Shown here piece after piece: positions 43,670 to 51,506 of a stretch of DNA of 64,000 nucleotides (position 1 is the stretch's first letter; every line of letters begins with the position of its first letter). Origin of the DNA: Planctomycetota bacterium (lineage in GTDB: Bacteria; Planctomycetota; SZUA-567; H5-PLA8). The translations under genes were made by a program, and so were the position numbers. The notes beneath the pieces were generated by a model. The model did no database searches, was not told the DNA's origin, and saw only the letters and a list, made by a program, of their open reading frames with translations. Location: NCBI GenBank assembly GCA_035308565.1, contig DATGGK010000207.1, forward strand, positions 149-64,148, read 5' to 3'.

Positions 43670-46600
43670 TTGCAAAGTAGCCGCGCAATAAGCGCTTGGG
43701 GCCATTCGAGTGGGTTGTTTTGCCGCTCAGAAACGATCGTGTCCACACTGTTATCTCATCCCCCAGCGCGCCCCTTGTTGAGCGCCGTTGCGATTCTGGC
43801 CATAATCCTCCTTTTCGCTCACGGTTGCTCCGTAGACAACGATAAACGCTCTGTCAACGCAGCCACAGTCAAACGCAGCGCCGCGCAAAAACCCGCCCAG
43901 TCGCCGCCCGTCGCTTCCGCGCCCAAAACGCCCAGCGCGCCCGGCAAGCCCATCATCATCGACGAGCCGGACGAACTGCTGGTCGAAATCGTCCCCGTCC
44001 CTGCCGCCGAAAAGAAAAGCACCAAACCTAAAGCGTCCAAAATTCCCGAGCGCGTCCTGCCGGCCTATTACCTCGATAAAGATAACGACGAACGCACGCG
44101 CCTGACTTATGTCGCCGAAGGCGGCGCCAAAAACGGCCAATACCTCGCCGCAACAGGCCCGCTGAAATTGGATTCGTACGAAATCGCCGCGGGCACCAAA
44201 GTCAGCGGCTCAGTAACGCTCGACGCCAACGGCGACCGCCTCGTGCTGTTGTGGATCGACGAAGCCAACCGCGTGATCGCAGCACTGGATTTGCCTGCGG
44301 CCGCACCGACGTTTTCCTTCGATATGCCCGCCGGCGCGTTCGGTCACAAGCACAAGTTGGTGCTGGTCCGCGTGCCTAAAAAAGGCGAGGCCAAAGTCGA
44401 AGCCGTCGAACCCTTCCGCGTGACTGAATCGCCTAATTGGGACGACTATTGCGTGCTCAGCACCGACGATTCCGCGCGCAAGATTTTTCCCACGCGTGCG
44501 GTGCGGCTTGAGTTGGCGCTGCAGCGCAGTGAGAACCCGCTGTATTTGCCCGAATTCGAAATGACCTCGCGCAAATACGCCAAGACGCGTGACCCGAAAG
44601 AGTTTCTGCGCAAACCGCCGCTCTTCGATGAACAAGCGATCCAGAACGCAACCGTGAGCATGGCCAAAAACATCGCAGCGCGCACCAGCGGGCTGAGCAT
44701 CTGGTCATTGGGCGACGGCGCGGATTTGTCGAACCAATCGGCTCCGTTCGATTACGACACCTCGCCGGTGACGCTGGACGTCTACCGGCTCTGGCTGCAA
44801 GACCGTTACACGGCGCTCAAAGCCCTCAACACGGAATGCAAGACCACGTTCAAAGAATGGAGCGAAGTCTTTCCGCAATCGACGGACAGCATCAAAGCGC
44901 GCACGAATCCGGCCTATTCCGCGCGCATGACCGTGTTGAAAAGCGGCGATCCCGAAGGCAAGCTCGAACGCCGCGGCGACGACGTGGTCTTCACGCTGCA
45001 GCCGAAGGATTTTCACAAACTCGAGAACGAAAATTTCACCGCGTGGGCCGATTTCCGCGCCTTCAACGACTACGCCTTCTCGCGCCTGCTGCGCGAATTC
45101 CGCAAGCAAGCCGGCAAGATCGACGCGCGCGTTCAAACCGGCGTGCTCAACATTCAGCCGCCGTCGGCGTGGGGCGGCTGGGAGTACATGAATTTCGGAA
45201 AGTCCGTCGATTGGGCCGAGGAACACCGCAGTTTCGTCAGCCGCGAATTGCTGCGCAGCTTTGCGCCGAACGTGCACCTGCTCACCGCCAGCGGCGACCA
45301 AAGCGCCGCCGCCGTTCACCGCCTCTGGGACCGCTGGCTGCGCGGCGACATCGGCTGCGTGCTCCCGCCCGCCGGCGACCCCGCGCAGCCGCCGCTCAAC
45401 GATATTCGCGAGCTGGCTAACGGCCTGACGCTGCTGCGCAATCAAGCCCGCGCACACGTCGATCCGATCGCGATTTATTATTCGCCGCGTTCCACCTACC
45501 TGCATTGGATGTTCGACAGCGAAGCCGACGGTTCGACCTGGCTCAACCGCGACGGCCGCGCCGACGCCGCCCACGGCACCACGCATTTGCAACTCAAATC
45601 GTGGCTGCTGTTGCTCGAAGATTTGGGCTACGCGCCGTATTTTATTACACCCGACGATCTGGTCTCCGGCGACGCGCATTTTCCGCAGATGAAAGTGCTG
45701 ATCCTGCCCAAGCTCCTTTCGCTGAGCAAAAGCGAAGCGGAAGCGATGCGCCGCTTCGTCAAATCCGGCGGCTGGGTCATCGCCGACGGTGAATGCGGCA
45801 CCTTCGATGGCCTCGGCAAACGCCGCGACGCGCCCGGCCCCGAAGGCAAGCAGCCCGGAATGCTCGACAACGATTTCGGCATCGCGCGCAAAAATTTCAT
45901 CACGCAGGAAATCGACGGCAAATTCACCGGCGATCCCGCCGCGTCGCGCCTGGTCATGTACAACCGCGCGGGCAAAGCGATTGGCGCTGAATCGCCGGAA
46001 CTGCGCGTGCTGGAACCCGGCGTCACCGCCGCCGGCGCGTTGGCGCATGCCTCAACCTCAAGCAACGGCAAAGCTTTTTTCAGCAAAATGCTCGGCGCGG
46101 GGCGCTTCTTTTATTTGAATCTCTGCCTGCAGGATTACGTGCGCCTGCGCGCCGAACAGACCGCGCCTGGATTCAAATACAATGGCATGACCGAAAAAGA
46201 ATACGCCGAAAAATACGGCACGCCGACCGGTGGCGAAGCGCTGCGCCTGGCCATCTCCGATATGCTCGACGAATCCGTCGGCGAAAATCCGCTGCGCGTC
46301 AAGCGCGACAGCGGCCTTCCCGCGCGCGGGCTGAAGCGCATGCGCTTCGATCTCGGCAACAACGCCGCGTTTTTCGCCATCATGCCGCTGGCCGACGCCG
46401 GCGGCGATGAACTCAAGCCCGAACTCAAAGGCGCGCCGCTGACCGAAAGCCTGACCATCACCGCCGGCGACAGCAACGCGTACGCCTGGTACGACATGCG
46501 CAAAGGCGAATTCCTTGGCGGCAGCGCCGCCGCGACCGTCAAACTCGAACCCAACCGCCCCGCGCTGCTCGCCGCGCTGCCCTATAAAGCCGAGAAGCTC

Positions 46601-46918
46601 ACGCTGAGTGTGCGTCGCCTCGAACCGGGCAACATTTTCAAAGTCAACGCGGAACTGACGGTCGCGGGTGGAACGCCAGCGCGCCACGTGTTTCACGTCG
46701 AAGTCACCGACGCGCTCGGCGGCGTGTTGCCATATTATTCAGCGAACGTCATCGCCGAAAACGGCGCCTGCACACACACCATCGCGCTGGCGATCAACGA
46801 TCCGGCGGGCGCGTACCACGTCAAAGTCCGGGACGTCCTCACCGGCAAAAGCGCCGAAGGCGATTTGGTCAAAGAGGTCGTGGATTTTGACAAGCTGAAA
46901 TACGACGCGGCGAAGTGA
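43670..46918 (+). CDS. large exported/membrane-anchored hypothetical protein with GH42-middle-domain-like (glutamine-amidotransferase-like) segment
   Basis: 1082-aa ORF. The start is TTG 43670 or GTG 43739 (VSTLLSHPPARPLLSAVAILAIILLFAHGC). MKVLILPKLLSLSKSEAEAMRRFVKSGGWVIADGECG resembles the beta-galactosidase trimerisation-domain layout. The call is tentative. Confidence 0.55.
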   Translation: MQSSRAISAWGHSSGLFCRSETIVSTLLSHPPARPLLSAVAILAIILLFAHGCSVDNDKRSVNAATVKRSAAQKPAQSPPVASAPKTPSAPGKPIIIDEPDELLVEIVPVPAAEKKSTKPKASKIPERVLPAYYLDKDNDERTRLTYVAEGGAKNGQYLAATGPLKLDSYEIAAGTKVSGSVTLDANGDRLVLLWIDEANRVIAALDLPAAAPTFSFDMPAGAFGHKHKLVLVRVPKKGEAKVEAVEPFRVTESPNWDDYCVLSTDDSARKIFPTRAVRLELALQRSENPLYLPEFEMTSRKYAKTRDPKEFLRKPPLFDEQAIQNATVSMAKNIAARTSGLSIWSLGDGADLSNQSAPFDYDTSPVTLDVYRLWLQDRYTALKALNTECKTTFKEWSEVFPQSTDSIKARTNPAYSARMTVLKSGDPEGKLERRGDDVVFTLQPKDFHKLENENFTAWADFRAFNDYAFSRLLREFRKQAGKIDARVQTGVLNIQPPSAWGGWEYMNFGKSVDWAEEHRSFVSRELLRSFAPNVHLLTASGDQSAAAVHRLWDRWLRGDIGCVLPPAGDPAQPPLNDIRELANGLTLLRNQARAHVDPIAIYYSPRSTYLHWMFDSEADGSTWLNRDGRADAAHGTTHLQLKSWLLLLEDLGYAPYFITPDDLVSGDAHFPQMKVLILPKLLSLSKSEAEAMRRFVKSGGWVIADGECGTFDGLGKRRDAPGPEGKQPGMLDNDFGIARKNFITQEIDGKFTGDPAASRLVMYNRAGKAIGAESPELRVLEPGVTAAGALAHASTSSNGKAFFSKMLGAGRFFYLNLCLQDYVRLRAEQTAPGFKYNGMTEKEYAEKYGTPTGGEALRLAISDMLDESVGENPLRVKRDSGLPARGLKRMRFDLGNNAAFFAIMPLADAGGDELKPELKGAPLTESLTITAGDSNAYAWYDMRKGEFLGGSAAATVKLEPNRPALLAALPYKAEKLTLSVRRLEPGNIFKVNAELTVAGGTPARHVFHVEVTDALGGVLPYYSANVIAENGACTHTIALAINDPAGAYHVKVRDVLTGKSAEGDLVKEVVDFDKLKYDAAK

Positions 46919-46940
46919 CGCTACTATTCAGCGGGCGAAA

Positions 46941-47034
46941 TTCATCGCAGATGAACGCTGATGCGCGCGGATGAACGCGGGTTGCTTTGAATGAAATTTA
47001 TCTGCGCCATTCGCGTTTCCCGCGTTATCCGCAT
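46941..47034. repeat. inverted repeat built of gatgaacgc words
   Basis: ttcatcgcagatgaacgctgatgcgcgcggatgaacgcggg ... tttatctgcgccattcgcgtttcccgcgttatccgcat. The arms are partially complementary (gcggatgaacgcggg vs cccgcgttatccgc). Confidence 0.65.
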
Positions 47035-47081
47035 TGAATTTTGCCCCACGCTTCGCACTTGTCCGGGGTAATTAAAACACT

Positions 47082-49808
47082 ATGAGGCCTGTGCTGAAAA
47101 CGTCGTCTAAATATGCGCTCTTTTGCGGCCACTTACTGGCATGCGCGGCTCTGGGAACGGCTGCCGCTCAGGAACGCTCCGGCGAACTCATTTTCAAACA
47201 GGAATGCGCCCAATGCCACGGTCCGGCCGGCCAGGGCACGAAGGACGCTCCGCGCCCGCTGGTCGGCGAAAAATCGCCCGCGCAGCTCGCCAACGTCATC
47301 GGTAAAACGATGCCCGACGACGATCCGGGGTCGCTCCCGGCTGTCGAAAACAAAAAAGTCGCCGCCTACGTTCACGATGCTTTTTATTCGCCCGACGCGC
47401 GCGCCCGCGTGAATCCGCCACGCGTGGAACTCTCGCGGCTGACTGTCCGCCAATACAAAAATTCCGTCGCGGACCTCACCGCCAGTTTCGGCACATCAGC
47501 AAAGAGCGACGAGCGGCATGGTCTTCACGGCGAGTATGTAGACGGCCGTGGCGCGTTCAGCTTTGAAGGTGGCCGCGGCCAGAAAAAACCGCTAATCGAC
47601 CGCATCGACGCCGAAGTGCGTTTCGATTGGGGCACATCCGCGCCCGATGGAACTCCTGCTCCGCCGCCCCCGCCGCCAGAGCCGAAGAAGACCGACGCCG
47701 ATAAATCCAAGAAAGATGCGCCGAAAGTGGCTGACGACAAGAAGGCCGCTGAAAACAAAACCTCCCCACCGCCCGCGGCCGATTCAAAGAAAACAGACAA
47801 CTCATCCGCTGACGATAAGAACAAAAAGCCCGCGGACGAGAAGAAACAAGCCGACACCAAATCCACTCCTCCAACTCCCTCTGCGAACTCTGCGCCCCCT
47901 GCGGTTGATTCAAAAAAAGCCGACGAAAAGAAACCCGCTGACAACAAATCTCCAGCGGCGGCTGATTCGAAGCCGGCTGAGCCTCGAAAATTCAATCCGA
48001 AGCAGTTCAGCATCAGTTGGGATGGCTCCGTCTTCGCGCCCGAAACTGGCAACTACGAATTCATCGTCAAATCCGAACACGCGATTCTGCTGTGGGTCAA
48101 CGACCTCAACAACAAGCGCCCGCTGATCGACGCCGCCGTCCGCTCGCTCGATTCGCAGCCGCTGCGCGCATCGATGCTGCTGCTCGGCGGGCGCTCATAT
48201 TCCATCCGCCTCGAATTCAGCAAAGGCAAGGAACTCGATAAAAAGGGCCTCGACGATCCGAAGAAAGAATCGAAGCGCGCCTCGATCGAGCTGCTGTGGA
48301 AGACGCCGAACGGAAACGAGGAGGTGATTCCCGCGCGCTATCTGTCGCCAGTGCGCGCGCCGGAGTCGCTGGTGATCAACACGCCCTTCCCGCCCGACGA
48401 CCGCAGCTACGGCTGGGAACGCGGCACGTCCGTCTCAAAAGAATGGAACTCCGCCACGACCGACGCCGCGCTTGAAGCAGCCGCGTATGTCGCCACGCGC
48501 CTTCAGGCGCTCGCGGGCGTCGCCGTCGATGCGCCCGACGCGAAAACAAAACTGCGCGCGTTTGCGCTTTCCTTCGCGGAACGCGCCTTTCGCCGGCCGC
48601 TGAGCGACGACGAGAAAAAGCAATTCATTGAACGGCAGTTTGAAGCCAGCGCAGGCGGCCCGCCCGCACCACAAATTGCAGGCAAGATGCCTGCACCACA
48701 ACAGCCGGATTTGGAACTGGCCATCAAACGCGTCGTATTGCTCGTGTTGAAATCGCCGCGTTTCCTTTATCCCGGCGTGATGAACGACGACGCCTACGCC
48801 GCCGCGTCGCGGCTTTCGTTTGCGCTCTGGGATTCGCCGCCGGATCAGCCGCTGCTCGATGCCGCCGCCGCGAAGAAACTCTCCACGCGCGAAGAAATCG
48901 CCGCTCAAGCCGAACGCATGCTCGCGTCGCCGCGTGCGCACGCGAAAGTGCGCGAGTTTTTGCTGACGTGGCTGCGCACCGATCGCTTTCCAGAGTTGAG
49001 CAAAGACGCGAAACGATTCCCGGGATTCGACGCGGCGCTTGCCGCCGATCTGCGCACGTCGTTGAGCTTATTTCTCGATGACGTAGTGTGGAGCGACACG
49101 TCGGATTTCCGCCAATTGCTGCTCTCCGACGAGATGTATTTGAACGGACGGCTGTCGAAATTCTATGGCGCGGAACTGTCAGCCGACGCGCCGTTCATCA
49201 AAGTGAAATGGCAGCCCGAAAAGCGCGCCGGCGTGCTGACGCATCCGTACATGCTCAGTGGACTCGCGTATCCCGCTGAAAGTTCGCCGATTCATCGCGG
49301 CGTCTTCGTCGTGCGCGGCCTGCTGGGCCTGACGCTCCAGCCGCCGCCCGATGCGGTCGTGCCGCTCGCGCCTGATTTGCATCCGAATTTGACCACGCGC
49401 GAACGCGTGATGCTGCAAACCAAACCGCAGGCGTGCGTCCAATGCCATGCATTGATCAACCCGTTGGGATTTGCGCTCGAAAATTTCGATGCAACGGGCC
49501 GGTTCCGCGAGGAAGAGAAAGGGAAGCCCATTGACGTGAGCGGCCAATTCGAAACGCAGGCCGGTGAGATGGCCGCTTTCAACGGCGCGAAACAGCTCGC
49601 TGCACTGTTGGCGCGCGACGAACAAGTTCAGGGCGCGTTTACGCAGCAGCTTTTCCAGCACATGCTCAAACAGCCGGTGCGCGCGTATGGCTTGACAATG
49701 CCGAAAGAATTGCAGCAAAGCTTCGTAAAATCGGGGTACAATGTACGCAAGTTGATTGTGGAAATTGCTACAATCGCCACGCAAGGCGCGAAAAACAGCA
49801 AGGAATGA
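47082..49808 (+). CDS. DUF1587/DUF1595/DUF1592/DUF1588/DUF1585-family protein with N-terminal cytochrome c, K/P-rich linker and PA14-like insert
   Basis: CAQCHG is the haem site. LSRLTVRQYKNSVADL is DUF1587-like, FAERAFRRPLSDDE is DUF1595-like, LKSPRFLY is DUF1592-like, SSPIHRGVFV is DUF1588-like, and CVQCHALINPLGFALENFD is DUF1585-like. Confidence 0.85.
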   Translation: MRPVLKTSSKYALFCGHLLACAALGTAAAQERSGELIFKQECAQCHGPAGQGTKDAPRPLVGEKSPAQLANVIGKTMPDDDPGSLPAVENKKVAAYVHDAFYSPDARARVNPPRVELSRLTVRQYKNSVADLTASFGTSAKSDERHGLHGEYVDGRGAFSFEGGRGQKKPLIDRIDAEVRFDWGTSAPDGTPAPPPPPPEPKKTDADKSKKDAPKVADDKKAAENKTSPPPAADSKKTDNSSADDKNKKPADEKKQADTKSTPPTPSANSAPPAVDSKKADEKKPADNKSPAAADSKPAEPRKFNPKQFSISWDGSVFAPETGNYEFIVKSEHAILLWVNDLNNKRPLIDAAVRSLDSQPLRASMLLLGGRSYSIRLEFSKGKELDKKGLDDPKKESKRASIELLWKTPNGNEEVIPARYLSPVRAPESLVINTPFPPDDRSYGWERGTSVSKEWNSATTDAALEAAAYVATRLQALAGVAVDAPDAKTKLRAFALSFAERAFRRPLSDDEKKQFIERQFEASAGGPPAPQIAGKMPAPQQPDLELAIKRVVLLVLKSPRFLYPGVMNDDAYAAASRLSFALWDSPPDQPLLDAAAAKKLSTREEIAAQAERMLASPRAHAKVREFLLTWLRTDRFPELSKDAKRFPGFDAALAADLRTSLSLFLDDVVWSDTSDFRQLLLSDEMYLNGRLSKFYGAELSADAPFIKVKWQPEKRAGVLTHPYMLSGLAYPAESSPIHRGVFVVRGLLGLTLQPPPDAVVPLAPDLHPNLTTRERVMLQTKPQACVQCHALINPLGFALENFDATGRFREEEKGKPIDVSGQFETQAGEMAAFNGAKQLAALLARDEQVQGAFTQQLFQHMLKQPVRAYGLTMPKELQQSFVKSGYNVRKLIVEIATIATQGAKNSKE
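48651..48701. repeat. REP-like element, family A, inside the DUF1592-family CDS
   Basis: gcaggcggcccgcccgcaccacaaattgcaggcaagatgcctgcaccacaa is translated in frame as ...AGGPPAPQIAGKMPAPQQ... Confidence 0.8.
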
Positions 49809-50108
49809 GTGATGACGGATAAGCTGGCGCGAAAGTCGGCCGCCCATGCTTGGAAGGCACAGCAGCGTGTTCATGCGAGGGAAAAGCTTCCGCTGGCTGC
49901 CGAGCGATTGAAGGCGTTATTCGACGCGCTCGACATCGAATTGCCAAAGCGAGGATGCGATCATACTTTGCGATTTGTTCAAGAATGGTGCCGTCGAACT
50001 GATGCTGATTTCGCGCCGTTGTGTGCTTGGTTGAACGACAACGGCGGTTTTTGTGATTGTGAAGTGCTCGCAAATTGCGAAGAGGTGTTCGCGGAAGCAA
50101 TGCGTTGA
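49809..50108 (+). CDS. small cytoplasmic hypothetical protein (DUF2695-like; GGFCDCEV motif)
   Basis: 99-aa ORF with GTG 49809 / ATG 49812 directly abutting the upstream stop codon (tga gtg atg). GCDHTLRFVQEW...WLNDNGGFCDCEVLAN resembles DUF2695 as I recall it. It has no signal peptide. Confidence 0.55.
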   Translation: MMTDKLARKSAAHAWKAQQRVHAREKLPLAAERLKALFDALDIELPKRGCDHTLRFVQEWCRRTDADFAPLCAWLNDNGGFCDCEVLANCEEVFAEAMR

Positions 50109-50134
50109 GTGCAGTTAATGTTTAGGAGCAAACC

Positions 50135-51442
50135 ATGACTCGAACCCGCCGCGAATTCATCCGCCGCCTTGGCATCGGCGCCGCTGCCGTGCCGTTCGTG
50201 CTGAATTTGCCCAGCCTCGCGCACGCCGACCCGCAGCGGCGCAAGCAGCGCGTGATCTTCATGTTCAGCCCGAACGGGACGGTCCCGAAGAATTTCTGGC
50301 CCGATGAAATAGGCGCGGATTTCAAACTTAAAGAAATCCTCGCACCGCTGGAACCGTTCAAGGACAAGACGCTGCTGCTCAAAGGCGTGTGCGACCGCGT
50401 GCGCGGCGATGGCGACGGGCACATGCGCGGGATGAGCTGTCTGCTGACGGGCATCGAATTGTTTCCAGGCAACATTCAAGGCGGATCGGACACGCCGGCC
50501 GGCTGGGCGAAAGGGCCGTCGATCGATCAGGAGTTGAAGAATTTTCTGCAGAACGATCCGGCCACGCGCACGCGCTTCGGCTCGCTGGAATTCGGCGTGA
50601 TGGTGCCGGAGCGCGCCGACCCGTGGACGCGCTGGTCGTACGCGGGCGCGAACAAACCCGTCGCGCCGATCGACGATCCGTACCAGATGTTCAACAAACT
50701 GTACGGCCGCGCGAAAGACCAGAAGGCGCTCACGAGCGTGCTCGACGATCTGACAGACGATTTGAAAAAAATCAGCGCCAACGTCGGCCCGGCCGACCGC
50801 AAATTGCTCGATGAACACGCCACGTTCGTGCGCGAAATGGAAACGGAATTGAAGGAGCAGGCCGCGGCGGCGGGGCATCCGGTTCCCACGGTCGAACCGG
50901 GCGTGCGCCGCGACAACGACAACATGCCGCAGATCACCAAGGCGCAGATCGACCTGATGGTCAACGCCTTCGCCGCGGATTTTATGCGCGTGGCCTCGCT
51001 GCAATTTACGAATTCAGTCGGTGGCGCGCGTATGAAATGGCTGGGAGTGAACGAAGGCCATCACGCGCTCTCGCACCAGTCCGGCGACGCGAAAGTCGAT
51101 GTGGATTTGACCAAGATCAATCATTGGTTCTGCGAACAGCTTGCATACCTCGCGAAGCGCCTCTCCGAAACGCCGGAACCGGGCGGCGAAGGCACTCTGC
51201 TCGACAACACCACGATCGTCTGGGCCAACGAATTGGGCGAAGGCAAGTCGCACACGCTCGACAACATTCCGTTCGTGATGATCGGCGGCGGGCTGGGCTT
51301 CAAGATGGGCCGCTCGGTGAAGTACGAGAAGGTGCCGCACAACCGGCTACTGCTCTCGATCGCGCACGCCTTCGGCCACCGCATCTCGAAATTCGGCAAC
51401 CCGAATTTCTGCGGCGATGGGCCGCTGCCGCAGTTGACATAG
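50135..51442 (+). CDS. DUF1552 domain protein with Tat signal
   Basis: AGGAG lies upstream of the ATG. The twin-arginine signal is [31 protein letters not shown]. It is the typical partner of DUF1592-family genes in PVC genomes. Confidence 0.85.
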   Translation: MTRTRREFIRRLGIGAAAVPFVLNLPSLAHADPQRRKQRVIFMFSPNGTVPKNFWPDEIGADFKLKEILAPLEPFKDKTLLLKGVCDRVRGDGDGHMRGMSCLLTGIELFPGNIQGGSDTPAGWAKGPSIDQELKNFLQNDPATRTRFGSLEFGVMVPERADPWTRWSYAGANKPVAPIDDPYQMFNKLYGRAKDQKALTSVLDDLTDDLKKISANVGPADRKLLDEHATFVREMETELKEQAAAAGHPVPTVEPGVRRDNDNMPQITKAQIDLMVNAFAADFMRVASLQFTNSVGGARMKWLGVNEGHHALSHQSGDAKVDVDLTKINHWFCEQLAYLAKRLSETPEPGGEGTLLDNTTIVWANELGEGKSHTLDNIPFVMIGGGLGFKMGRSVKYEKVPHNRLLLSIAHAFGHRISKFGNPNFCGDGPLPQLT

Positions 51443-51450
51443 TTGCTTTC

Positions 51451-51506
51451 ATAGTCGCCTTTCGCTCCGCGAAAGCACGTTCTTTCGCGGAGCGAAAGAC
51501 GACTAT
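51451..51506. repeat. REP-like element, family C: 25-bp-stem palindrome between convergent genes (bidirectional terminator candidate)
   Basis: atagtcgcctttcgctccgcgaaag / cacgtt / ctttcgcggagcgaaagacgactat, with one mismatch in 25 bp. The right arm contains the stop codon of the minus-strand gene. Confidence 0.85.

Noticed and set aside
47655-47985. CRISPR-like or tandem-repeat array suggested by nucleotide periodicity.
   Set aside because: The periodicity reflects an in-frame Lys/Pro/Asp-rich protein linker inside a long ORF. There are no identical direct repeats with unique spacers and no cas genes.
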